Positions 1-11,920 of a stretch of 64,000 bases of DNA are shown here, one piece after another. Location: the NCBI GenBank assembly GCA_028534125.1, contig CM052816.1, positions 32,428,001 to 32,492,000 of the forward strand, read 5' to 3'. The DNA is from Lama glama. Its lineage: Eukaryota. The notes below the pieces were generated by a model. The model had not been told where the DNA came from and did not search any database. It saw only the letters and a list, made by a program, of their open reading frames with translations. A program made the translations under genes and the position numbers. Each line of letters begins with the position of its first letter. Position 1 is the first letter of the stretch.

Positions 1-33
1 TTTTCATGTGATTTACACATCTGACATTTCTAC

Positions 34-36
<3 letters not shown>

Positions 37-64
<28 letters not shown>
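37..64. repeat. (AC)n microsatellite
   Basis: Perfect ac repeat of about 14 units. Confidence 0.95.
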
Positions 65-67
<3 letters not shown>

Positions 68-1698
68 GACTTAACAATTTTCTCCTTCTAATTGTGTAAT
101 TGATTTTCTAAAACCTGTACTACACTGTCCCAAATACCAACCCTCAGGAGAAACAAAAGTTTTGTTCTTCTGAATAAGCCCTAGAAAACTCTGAATAAAC
201 TATTAATATCAACTGCTAATTTCTTTTGCAATGATACGAGCCATTGTTTGAAATTCTCTAGCTTTTCATATTTTCTTCTTTGGAATGTGAGGGAAAAAAA
301 GACAGATAAGGTCTACATAATTTTAGCAAAACAGTCAATCTTTCCAGGCAAGGTCTGACATATTAGATAAGATCAGGAAACTGAATTTCCCTCTGCTAGG
401 AAAAATGCTATTTCAAAAATATGAATGTAATGCAAGCTATCTTCTATAGCCTTCAATTTAATCTTTTGGTTTAGATTTACAGCTTTGCTATATTGACTTA
501 CAGCCTGTATGGGATAGAAATCAGTGAACTTCTGAATATGTCCATTCTCCTTCTTTGAAGTGTGCATTAAGGACCACTGGCCTTTAGAAAGCCAGTCCTT
601 CTTATGGAGAGCTAACCAACACATCCAATTTTTTATCCCCACTTTGTGAAATCCTTCTGGGATTACAGAACTAACTCAAGAAAAATCACAGGTTATCACC
701 AACAACAGCATATATGTGCCCACCTCTTCTCATCCTAGCACATTCCTGGGAACAGGACAGAGGAACTCCACTCAGACAATCATGCCTCTCAATGAACAGA
801 CACCACATGACCCAGTGCAGGCTGTGAGAACTGAGGAAGGAGAGGAGGAAATCTATTTCAACAGGAGTATGAAAACTGAAAGGTAAGTAAAATAAGGTAT
901 TTTTTAAGGTAAGCACATAAACATTGTAACCATAATAAGACTGTCGATCTGAGGTGAAGATCCATTTTAGACTTTTAAAACAAAAGTCACATTAATGAAT
1001 ATACTTTCATCCCTCAAAATCATCACCTCCAAAGTCTTTCCTCTGTTCATCATCCCAGAGACAGCTTTTCAGCCTTAAAACCATATAGAATCTATACTAA
1101 CCAATGTGGTGAGTTTCTTAGTAACTCTCTACCATCCAACCAGTCACAAAAATCTTAAGTTAAATCCTCATGAATAACTGACATCAGACACCAAAAGCTT
1201 GGTTACTTTTATTACTCTTATTCCATTAAGCTCATGAATGAAAACCTCTATTTATTTTATTTTGTAATTGCTCATCCAACTTCTAAAACTTAGATAAACA
1301 CCTTTTTACACTGTATTTCTTCTCTTTAACCTTTTACTTTCTTAAAAAGCAGTAATACTATCCCTTCAAGAGAGTAGCCACTTGGCTCCTAACACACATT
1401 AAAAGGCTAATTCAGTCTTCCTAACAGCCCAAAGGGAAAATACTCTCTGATTTGGTTGTAAAAACAAGCCATGTAAGCCATCTATAAAGAAATCTACACA
1501 CATGTAAGAATCTTACAACTTTCAGACTTTTGACAGAAGTGGAAAAAAATGCAAAGAAGTCACCACTGGAAAACAAGTTTAAGTTCTTCAGTCATTTTCA
1601 GTTACAAAAACCTAACCACCAAAAACTCCATCAGGAAAAGCCAGAGATAGAACAGAATTTACAACCAAAAAAATTTAATACAAAGTCATCGTACTCAC

Positions 1699-1803
1699 CG
1701 TCTGATGGCTTCTGTCACAGTATCGCAGCCCAAAATAATCTATCTCCACAAGGTTTATGTGACGGAATACATGTTCAAGGACAACAGAACCTTTCGTTGA
1801 CTT
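1699..1803 (-). CDS. EPB41L4A: Internal coding exon (probably exon 2) of band 4.1-like protein 4A, FERM N-lobe
   Basis: The minus strand reads TTTTGCAG|AAG TCA ACG ... CAT CAG ACG|GTGAGTAC: canonical acceptor and donor around 105 nt (35 codons) with no stop. The peptide [35 protein letters not shown] closely matches recalled human EPB41L4A ([35 protein letters not shown]) and has the FERM DYFGL motif. Confidence 0.95.
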
Positions 1804-2289
1804 CTGCAAAAATAATGCACAATTTTTTTTTAAATAAGGTGTCTTGTCTTTCTCAGTGGGACACAGTCACAGTTCTCATCGTTTATTAGCTTCATTCACC
1901 TCAGAACAATTTTATTAGCCCATGGTTCTCTCTTTATGTTTTGCCTCAATTACAAAGAAAGAGATTTAAATCTTAAGTAAATTGCTTTGGAAAACAATTT
2001 TTAAATTGCCATACATTGTAAAATAATATAAAGTTCTTTTCGTACAGGATTGTTTATTATCTTAAGGACAAAATTATTATTTTAATAAAGATTAACAGTC
2101 TAGGTGAAGTGCACCTAATAAATTCATCAAATTAACTTATTCTGGTTAAAATCCCACAGTCCTTTCACTTTAAAAAGCAATTTTCACCTACATCATTACT
2201 CTCACAACTAATGTAGAAAATATATAAAATTAAAATTATAATAGCCAAAGCTTTAAATTTTTTAAATTTTCCTTAGTAAGGCTTTATGG

Positions 2290-5200
2290 TTTTTTTAATT
2301 GAAATATGGTTGGCATACAATATTATATTAGTTTCAAATGTACTACATAATGATTTGATGTTTGCATACATTATGAAACGAACACGATACACAGCTATTA
2401 CATTACTGATCATATTCCTTGTGCTGTGGATTACATCCCTTTGATTATTCATTAAATAACTAGATATCTGTACCTCTTAATCCCTTCACCCATTTCTCCC
2501 CTTCCCTTCTGGCAACCATGCATTTATTCTCTGTGTCTACAAGTCTTTTCATTTTCTCTTGTTAGTTTGCTCTGTTTTTCAGATTTCACAAGTATTTTTC
2601 TTTCCCTGTCTAACTCATTGCATTACTCATAATACACTCTAGATCCAACCATGTTGTCACAAATAGCAAGGCTTCTTTTTTTTTAATGGCTGACAAGTAT
2701 TCTATTGTGTATATATACACAACACATACTTATCCATTCATCTACCAATGAACACTTACGGTACTCCTACATCTTGGCTATTGTAAATAATGCTGCAATG
2801 AACACTGGAGTGCATATATCTTTTCAAATTAGTGTTTCTGCTTTCTTCAGGTAAATATTCAGAAGTGAAATAGCTGGATTATATGACAGTACTACTTTTA
2901 ACTTTTTGAGAAACCTCCATGCTGTTTTCCACAGTGTCTGCATCAATTTACATTCCTATCAACACTGTACTAGGGCTCCCTTTTCTCCACATTCTCGCCA
3001 ACACTTGTTATTTGTTGCCTTTTTGATGACAGCCATTCTGACAAGTGTGAGTTGGTATCTCACTGTGGCTTGAGTTAATGTTCCCTGATGATTAGTGATA
3101 TAGAGCATCTTTTCATGTGTCTGTTGGATATCTGTATTTCTTCTTTAGAAAAATGTTCAAGTCCTATGCCCATTTTTAAATTGGGGTGTTTGTTTTTTTG
3201 GTGTGGAGTTGTATTAGCTTTTTTGTGTACTTTGGGTATTAATCCCTTATCAGATATATTATCTGCAAATATCTTCCCATTCAGGAGCTGCCTTTTCATT
3301 TTTGTTAACAGTTTCCTTTCTGTGCAAAAGCTTTTTAGTTTGATGTAGTCCCATTCATTTATTTTTGCCCTTGCCTGAAGAGACAGATCCAAAAATATTG
3401 CTAAGACCAAATGTCAAAAGAGCCCAGTGCCTATGCTTTCTCCTAAGACTTTTATGGTTTTACATCTTACATGTAGGTCTTAAATTCATTTTGAGTTTAT
3501 TTTTGTATATGGTGTGAGAAAGTAGTCCAGTCTGATTCTCTGCATGTAGCTGTCCAGTTTTCCCAATACTTTATTGAAGAGGCTGTCTTTTCTCCATTGT
3601 ATATTTTCTTTCCTCCTTTGTCATAGATTAACTGTCCATGTAAGTATGGATTCATTTCTGGGCCTTCTATCCTGTTCCATGGACCTATATGTCTCTTTTT
3701 GTGCCAGTTTTGATTACTGAAGCTTTGAATTTTAGCTTGAAAGCAGAAGTGTGATACTTTTAGCTTTGTTTTCCTTTCTCAAGATTGCTTTGGATATTTA
3801 GGGTCTTTTATGTTCCCACACATTTTAGAATTATTTGTTCTAGTTCTGTGAAAAATGCCATTGATAATTTGACAGAGATTGCCATCAATCTGCAGATTGC
3901 CTTGGGGAGTATGGTCATTTAAACCTTATTAATTCTTTCAATACAAGAGCATAGTATATCTTTTCATTTATTTGTGTCATTTTCAATGTCTCTCATCAGT
4001 GTCTTACAGTTTTCCAAGTACAAGTTACACCTCTTTGTTTAGGTTTATTTCTATTTTACTCTCTTTTATGTAACTGTAAATGGGATTTTTTCCTTAATTT
4101 TTCTTTCTGATAGTTCGTTGTTAGTGTATAGAAATGTAACATATTTCTGTATGTAAATTTTGTATCTTTCAACCTAACTGAATTCATTTATTAGTTTCAG
4201 TAGATTTCTGGTGGCATCTTTAGGATTTGCTATAAACAGTAAGTATCATGTCATCTGCAAATAGTGATAGTTTTACTTGTTCCTTTCCAATTTGATTTCT
4301 GTTTCTTTCTTTTTCTTGTCTAATTGCTCTGGCAAGGAATTTCAACATAATATTGGGTAAAGTAGCAAAAGCGGGCATCCTTGTCTTGTTTCTGATCTCA
4401 GAGGGAACATTTTCAGGTTTTTCCCTGTTGAGTATGATGTTGGCTGTAGGTCTGTCATAAATGGCCTTCACTACATTGAGATATGTTCACTATACAGCCA
4501 CTTTGGGGAGAGCTTTTTTTTTTCTATCATAAACGGATATTGAATTTTGTCAAAAGCTTTTTCTGCATCTACTGAGATAATCATATGACTTTTAATCCTC
4601 AGTTTGTTAATATGGTATATTACACTAATTGATTTGCTGATACTGAACCATTTTTACATTCCTGGAATAAATCTCACTTGATTATGGTATATGATCCTTT
4701 TAATGTATTGTTGAATTTAGTTTGCTAGTATTTTATTGATGATTTTTATATCTATGTTCATCAGTATGTTGGCTTGTAATTCTTGTTTTTGGTGGGATCT
4801 TGGTCTGATTTTGTATCAGGATAATTCCACACTCATAGAATGAGCTTGGAAACATTCCCTTCTCTGCAATTTTTTGGAATAGTTTGAGAAAGACAGGTAT
4901 AACTCTTGTTTAAATGTTTGGCAGAATTCACCTGTGAAGCCATCTGGTACTGGACTTTTTCAATTTCATCACTGGTAGTTGGTCTGTTCATATTTTCAAT
5001 TTCTTCCCTATTCAGCGTAGAGAGATTGCATGTTTCCAGGAACTTAACCATTTCTTCTAAGTTGCCCATTTTATTGGTGTATAGTTGCTTGTAGTAGTCT
5101 CTCATGATTCTTTGTTTGTCTGCAGTATTTTGTAACTTCTCTTTCATTTCTGGTTTTATTTCTCTGGCCTCTCTCTCTCTTTTTTTTTTTTTTCTTTAAT

Positions 5201-7435
5201 TGATGAGTTGCCTAAAGGTTTTCAAAGAAACAGCACTTAGTTTCATTTATTTTTTTCTATTGTTCTTTCAGTCTCTATTTCACTTATTTCTGCTCTGGTC
5301 TTTATGATTTCTTTCCTTCTATTAACTTTGAGTTTTGTTTGTTCTTTTTCTAGTTCCTTTAGGTGTAAGATTAGATTGCTTGAGATTTTTCTTGTTTTCT
5401 GAGGTAGGCTTGTATTGCTATAAACTTCCTTCTTGGAATCGCTTATGCTACATCCCACAGATTTTGTTTCCATTTTCATTTCTCTCCAGATGTTTTGATT
5501 TCCTCTTTAATTTTTTTTCGGTGACCCATTGGTTGTTTAGTAATATATTGTTCAGCTTCCATGTCTTTATGTTTCTTGAAGTTTTCTTCATATAGTTGAT
5601 TTCTAGTCTCATAAAAATGTAGTTGGAAAAGATGCTTAATATGATTTGAATCTTATTAAATTTAGAGACTTGTTTTGTATCCTAGCGTGTGATCAGTCCT
5701 GGAGAATGTTCCATGTACATTTGAAAAGAATGTGTATTCTGCTGCTTTTGGATGTCATGTTCTCTATGTATCTATTAACTCCATCTGATGTAATGTGTTG
5801 TTTAAAGCCAGTATTTCCTTATTAATTTTCTGTCTGGATGATCTTTCCACTAATGTAAGTGGGGTATTAAAAGTTCCCTACTATTATTGTGTTACTGTCA
5901 ATTTCCCCTTTATGTTTGTTAGACTCAAGTGAGACTCTTGTAGGCAACATATACATGGGTTTCATTCTTTATCCATTCAGCCATTCTTTTGATTGGAGCA
6001 TTTATATTTTGTATGCACTTACTGTCATCTTGTTAACAGTTTCCTGGTTTTTTGTAGTTCTCTTTAGTTCATTTCTTCTATGATAGTTTTTTGGTTTGTG
6101 CTTACCATAAAGTTCACACATAGTAACCTATATATATAACCTATATATATATATATATGATTATTTTAAGGTGATGATCTCAAGTTTGAACACATTCTAA
6201 CATATTTCCTCTACCCCCACCCCCACTGTTTACTTTTTTGACATTGTATTTTACATCTTTTTGTTTTGTGTATCCCTTAACTACCTTTCACAGACATAGA
6301 TTATTTTACTACTTTTGTCTTTGTGATCAGTACCTTGAACTCTAACAGGTAGATTGCTTATCTCCACTTCATTTGGTTATTTTTCTGAGGCTTTGTCTTG
6401 TTCCTTATTTGGAACATATTCATCTCTCTCCTCATTTTGCCTAATTCTCTGTTAAGTCCTATATATTAGGTAGGTCAATTACATTTCCCAATCTTGGAGA
6501 AGTGGCCTTATGTAGAAGACATCCTGTAGGGCCCAGTAGTACACTCCTCTCTAATCACCAGAACATTAAGCTATAGGGTTGCCTCATATGCATGCTCTGT
6601 GGGCCCTTCTGCTGTGGTGGGGCCAAATACCATGGGTACATTGGTAGGCAAGACTGGCCTCCAGCCCAACTGTCTGCTAGGGGCTGCCTCGTGCTGTGGC
6701 TGCTAGCCCAATGCTGAGTGGGGTTGGGTCCTTGCATGGGTAGTTGTGCAGCCCTGGGGGTTATGAGACTAGTGCTGGTCTGCTGGTGGTCAAGTAAGCC
6801 TCTAGCACTAACAGGCTAGAGGAAAAACTCCAAAATGTCCCTTGCCAGCTCCCATGTCTTCATGGTAAAACAAGCTGCTGTGGCATCTGTCTCACCAAAG
6901 GGAGTCCTTATTGCTTCCTGCCTCTCCAGGAGACTCCAAGATCAGCAAGGGGGTCTGATCCAGGATTTTTAATAATTACTCTCTGGGCTGGAACGCAAGG
7001 CATATAAGGTTTTGTATGTGCCTTTAAGAGTAGAGTTTCTATTTCCTATAGCCTTCCAGCTCTCCTGTACGTAAGCACTGCTGGTCTTCAAAACCTGGCA
7101 TTCTGGGGGCTTGTCTTCCCAACCCAAGGCCCTTGGGTAGGGTAGCCCAACATGGAGCTTGGACCCCTTGCTCTTTAGGGAGAACTTCTGCAATGGGATT
7201 ATCTGCTTACTTGTGGGTCACCTTCCCAGGGTTGTGGGTCCTGACTGTATTGACTCTCCACCCCTCCTACCCATCTCATTGTCGTACCTTCTTTATATCT
7301 TTAGTTGTAGAAAATCTTTTTTCAAGTCTTCAAGTTGTTCTTATAGACAGTTACTCTGTAAATAGTTGTAATTTTGATGTGCTCTGGGAGGAGTGAGCCC
7401 AGGGTCATCCTATTCCACCATCTTGGCCACCTCTC
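2290..7435 (-). mobile_element. Old LINE-1 retaining both ends but internally deleted (most of ORF1 and parts of ORF2 missing)
   Basis: T-tract and 3'UTR lie at about 2290-2650. Decayed ORF2 peptides are in the ORF track ([59 protein letters not shown]). A GC-richer 5'UTR spans about 6500-7435 and begins with an L1-type start, GAGAGGTGGCCAAGATGGTGGAATAGG, on the minus strand. Confidence 0.9.
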
Positions 7436-8329
7436 ATCAAAGTTTTTATTTTCAATCCTTAACTAACAAGCCCATAGATTAAAGTCACCAAAGTTAATGT
7501 TCTGAAAAGCCCTTTTGAAGATATTTGACTTTATCTATTTCACATAAGCAGAGGCATAAAGAAGACATTTCGTTGTCTGCTTTGTAAATGCTGACACCCA
7601 TCTAAAAGACCTAATCTCTCTTCTCCCCTTTGCACTACAAACAGATTCTTTAACTTCAGACCATCATCTAATATATTAAATGCTGTTCACACATAAGATA
7701 AACATTTAATCAGCAAACATTACTCCACATACACATTAATCTTGAAAAGAATCCATTTTGATGGCATATGCACAGATTCAGACTTTTCCTTTCTTTTGTC
7801 CCATCATTGACTGGTATGACAGGGTGGAAAAAGAAATTCCCAAAATGTAACACATTTTGTTCATGAGGTAAGGCTTTGTTCAGCTGCATTTTCCTCAGAG
7901 AATTACCACTACATATTTACTTATATATGGGGAGACTACTATGCTGTTTTTAGAAAATGGATTGCAACACAAGGGAAATGGTTTTGATTAAATAAAATGG
8001 GTGGTAAGAGGTGATAAAAGCACACACTGGGAGAAGACAGTTCTTGTTACAAATCCCACAAGTATTTTGTTTTCCTCTGAATTACCTTGGTTAAAATTAA
8101 TTGGACCTCTTTTCAAAATCCATTAGATAATTTATACACAAAAAGCCCTTCTATGATGGGATCTTTAGATTGTTAGACATTTTCTGTTACATTAACAATG
8201 CCACATCCAGAAAATGCCTCCTTGTGCTCATGTACCTAGGTCTTTACCCAAGGTAAAAATCTGTTAGTGAAATAACTCATTCGAAGGACAAGCCTACTTA
8301 AAATTACAATGGGCACTGCCAAAAAGACC

Positions 8330-9065
8330 ATTACACTTCATTCAATGAGAGGACATGTCCCCATACCCTCGCCAACATCTGGATTGAGCAAAATTTTTCC
8401 AATCTGACTGAGCAAAAAAGAGCGGGGGGGTTACTTTGACTTGCATTTTCCCAACACTAATAAAAATGCTCTATCATGTGCTTACTAACCAATTACATTT
8501 CCTAGCACTTTGGTTATTGATTCTCTAACCCAAAGTTTATAAGCAAATTGTCTTAAATACTTCTAATACTTCTACAATTTCAGTAGTATATTTAGCTCTT
8601 CACTTCATCTGGAAACGATTTTTGTGCGTCAGGTAAGGGCCTCAATTTATTGCCAAATGGATAGACAATTGCACCATCATTTACCAAAAAGGCCATCATT
8701 TCTCTTTTGATTGAAGCAACTTTATCATCTATTAAATGAATCCTCATTCTATGTTGTGGATTATTCCTTGACTAATCCTCCAAGATTTCAATAAATTCAG
8801 TTTAATTTGTTGATATCCTCATTCTCCTTCAAATCTGTCTCTGCCAATTTTACATTTTTCTCTGCCAGAGGAAGTTCAGAATGAGCTTACCAATTTAATA
8901 AACAATTCTGTTCAGAATTTGATTGGAATTAAACTAAACTATAAGACTGGATGACTTGGGAGGTAATGAAATGATATTTACAAAGTGAAACCTATATGGT
9001 GTTTCTTTATATCCTTTAAGGAAATTTTATATTTTTTTCATGTAGGTTTTACTAAATTCTACTAA
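8330..9065 (-). mobile_element. Ancient L1M (L1ME-like) ORF2 fragments, resuming at about 9690-10080 after the LTR
   Basis: Degenerate antisense L1 motifs such as ttgacttgcattttccc, aattgcaccatcattt, ttgattggaatt and tacactggctaggacctc. Confidence 0.55.
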
Positions 9066-9070
9066 GGTTT

Positions 9071-9684
9071 TGTGGCGGGCAGAATTTACAAAATGACCCA
9101 CCCTGCCCCACCTCACCTCCCCCCATAACAGCCTGTTTTAATCCTTGTAATCAGTGAGTACGATGAAATATCAATCCTCTAATTGTGTTATATGTCACAA
9201 TCTTGCCCTTAAAATAGGAAGATTCTTGGAGTGGCTCTGACTGAGTCACTTGGGCCCTTACAAGCAAAGTACTTTCTACAGCAAAAAAAGAAGCCAAAAT
9301 GGAGATCAAAGTTATTTAAAGCATGAGAACAACTCCAAAGGTACTTGCCACTTGAAAGGTGGAGGGGTCTGAGAAAGCATGCTAACAGCCTTAAGGAGCT
9401 GACAGTAAGCCCCAGTTGACAGCCAATAAGGAAATGGGAACCTCAAGCCTACAAGAACTGGATTTTGCTAACAACCTGACAGAGTCTAAAGTGGATTCTT
9501 CCCACAGCCTTCAGTTAAGAGACCAGCTAACCAGCACCTTGTTTTCAGCCTTGTGAGCTTAAGCAGAGAACCCAGTCATACTATCTAGGACTGCAGACCT
9601 TCAGACTGGTGAGATAACAAGTAGGAATATGTTTAAACCACTGACTTGTGGTAATCTGTTCTGCAGCAATAGAAAATTAATACA
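9071..9684 (+). mobile_element. MaLR solo LTR (MLT1 family)
   Basis: TG...CA termini (tgtggcgggcagaat ... gcagcaatagaaaattaataca), MLT1-type body, and a near-perfect 5-bp TSD ggttt/ggctt. Confidence 0.85.
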
Positions 9685-10174
9685 GGCTTATTCTCAGCTA
9701 TTTTATAGGTTTACTATACTTTCTGATTGTCTATTGCTAATATATTAGAAAGCAACTGATTTTTCTACATTGCTCTATTTCCCAAGCATCTTGCTAAAAC
9801 CCTTTTTAGTGAAAATAATTTGTCCACGGAATCCTTTCAGATAACCACATTTTCTACAAATAAGTGTTCTAGTTCTTCATTTTCAAAAGACCGCCTCCAT
9901 ATTTACTTCTCTTTTCTTACTACACTGGCTAGGACCTCATCCAAAGATGACTAGTAGTTGTGAGAACATTCATTCTTATCTTCTTCATGATTTTAATGGA
10001 ATTGCTTCTGAAATCTCACCACCAAGTGTAATGGTTGCTATTATGCCCTTGTATATACTCCTTATCAAATAGAAGGTTCCCTTTATACCTGTTTTGGGGG
10101 TTTTGTTTGCTTGGTTTCATTCTCTTTTGATTTTTTTCTTGCACATTATCAAAACACATTCTGGAATTTTCTTT

Positions 10175-11310
10175 TTTAATTTTTATTTTATTTCATTTTT
10201 ATGGAAGTATAGTTCATACACAATATTGTGTTAATTTCTGGTGTACAACAAAGTTGATGCGGTTATATATGTGTGTGTATATATTCTTTTTCATACTCTT
10301 TTTCATTATAGGCCATTACAAGGTATTGAGTATAGATTCCTGTGCTATATAGTAGGATCTTGTTATTTATCTATTTTTTATATATAGTAGTTAGCATCTA
10401 CAAATCCCAAACTCCCATTTTATCCCTCTCCACCCCTTCCCCCCCCCCGTAACCGTAAGTTTGTTTTCTATGTCTGTGAGTCTGCCTCTGTTTTGTAATG
10501 TAAATAAGCTCATTTGTGTCTTTTTTTTTTTAATTCCACATATATGTGATATCAGATGATATTTTTCTTTCTCTTTCTGGCTTACTTCACTTACTATGAC
10601 AATCTCCAAGTCCATCCATGCTGCTGCAAGTGGCATTATTTTAATTAGGTCCCATTTGTTTATTTTTGCCTTTATTTCTATTGCCTTGGTAAACTGTCCT
10701 AGGAGAACACTGCTATGATTTGTATCAGAGAATGTTTCGCCTATGTTCTCTTCTAGGATGTTTATGCCATATGTTTAAGCCTTTAAGCCATTTTCAGTTT
10801 ACTTATGTGTATGGTGTGAGGGAGTGTTCTAACTTCACTGATTTACATGCAGCTGTCCAGCTTTCTTAACACTACTTGTGGAAGAGAATTTCTTTTCTTC
10901 ATTGTATATTATTGCCTCCTTTGTCAAAGATTAGTTGACTGTAGGTGTGTGGGTTTATTTCTGGGCTCTATTCTGTCCCAGTGATCCATTTCATGTCTGT
11001 TTTTGTGCCAATACCATGCTGTTTTGATTACTGTAGCTCTGTAGTATCGTCTGAAGGCTGGGAGGTGAAAGAGTTATACACAGAGAACCATAAAACATTG
11101 GTTAAGGAAATTAAAGATGCTTTAAAGAAATGCAAAGAGATCCCATGCTCTGGATTCGAACAATTAACACTGTTAAAAATGGCCATACTACCCAAAGCAA
11201 TCTACAGATTTAATGCCATCCCTATCAAATTACCCAGGCCATTTTTCACAGAAGGAGAGCAAATAATCTTCAAATCTATATGGAATCACAAAAGACCCAG
11301 AATTGCCAAA
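10175..11310 (-). mobile_element. 5'-truncated L1 with a 5' inversion and an internal deletion
   Basis: 10175-11060 is L1 3'UTR/ORF2 on the minus strand; about 11061-11310 is ORF2 on the plus strand ([13 protein letters not shown]...[19 protein letters not shown]). TSD ggaattttcttt (10163-10174) / ggaattctcttt (11311-11322). Confidence 0.9.
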
Positions 11311-11449
11311 GGAATTCTCTTTCGATTTTTAATCAACACGTGATAATTCTATCAACTTATAGAAATCTGAAAAAAACTGTATGATTTTTGTCCTTTCATC
11401 TATGAGTTACCTTCAAAGAATTTCTGATGTTAAATATTCTTAGTAGAGA

Positions 11450-11920
11450 AGTTTCCATTTTAGATCTTTCGTTCTGGGTATACAATATCAAGCCCCTTTC
11501 CCCTTTGGAGAGAATCCCCCACTATGGGAATTTTGGTGGAGGCTGGAACCAGACACCCTAACACCTGGCACCTGGGCCATCGCACATGACCTGTTTTCAG
11601 TTATAGACTTTCATTTCTGAGCAAGTGATGCAAAGACGAAGGAAGAGTTGAGAATTCACTTATAGCAGTGGCTCCCAGTGGTAGAGTACCCTACAGCAGA
11701 GGCATCCAGAGATGGAATCAGTTCTGACAAGGAATAATGGTGACTGATTCCTGAGCCATTCCCTGCATTCTTGAAGTACCACTAAATAGGAGCAGCCAGG
11801 CAATCCACCAGCCAGCCTCCTTTCCCTCTGCCCCATGAAACCAGTGAATATATATGTCTGGGCCCAAGAGCCATGCCAGGGGTCCAAGGAAAAATCCTGG
11901 GTAAAAGTATAGAACATCAG
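11450..11920. mobile_element. Degenerate ERVL-type LTR fragment (family uncertain)
   Basis: Only a compositional and motif resemblance to old ERVL LTRs; termini are not resolved. Confidence 0.3.

Noticed and set aside
1530..1889. 119-aa plus-strand ORF
   Set aside because: It starts at TTG and is the antisense shadow of the real minus-strand exon; I recognise no protein in it.
3075..5595. ORFs with reverse-transcriptase-like motifs (LFADDMIL)
   Set aside because: Frameshifted L1 ORF2 debris, not an intact or novel RT system.
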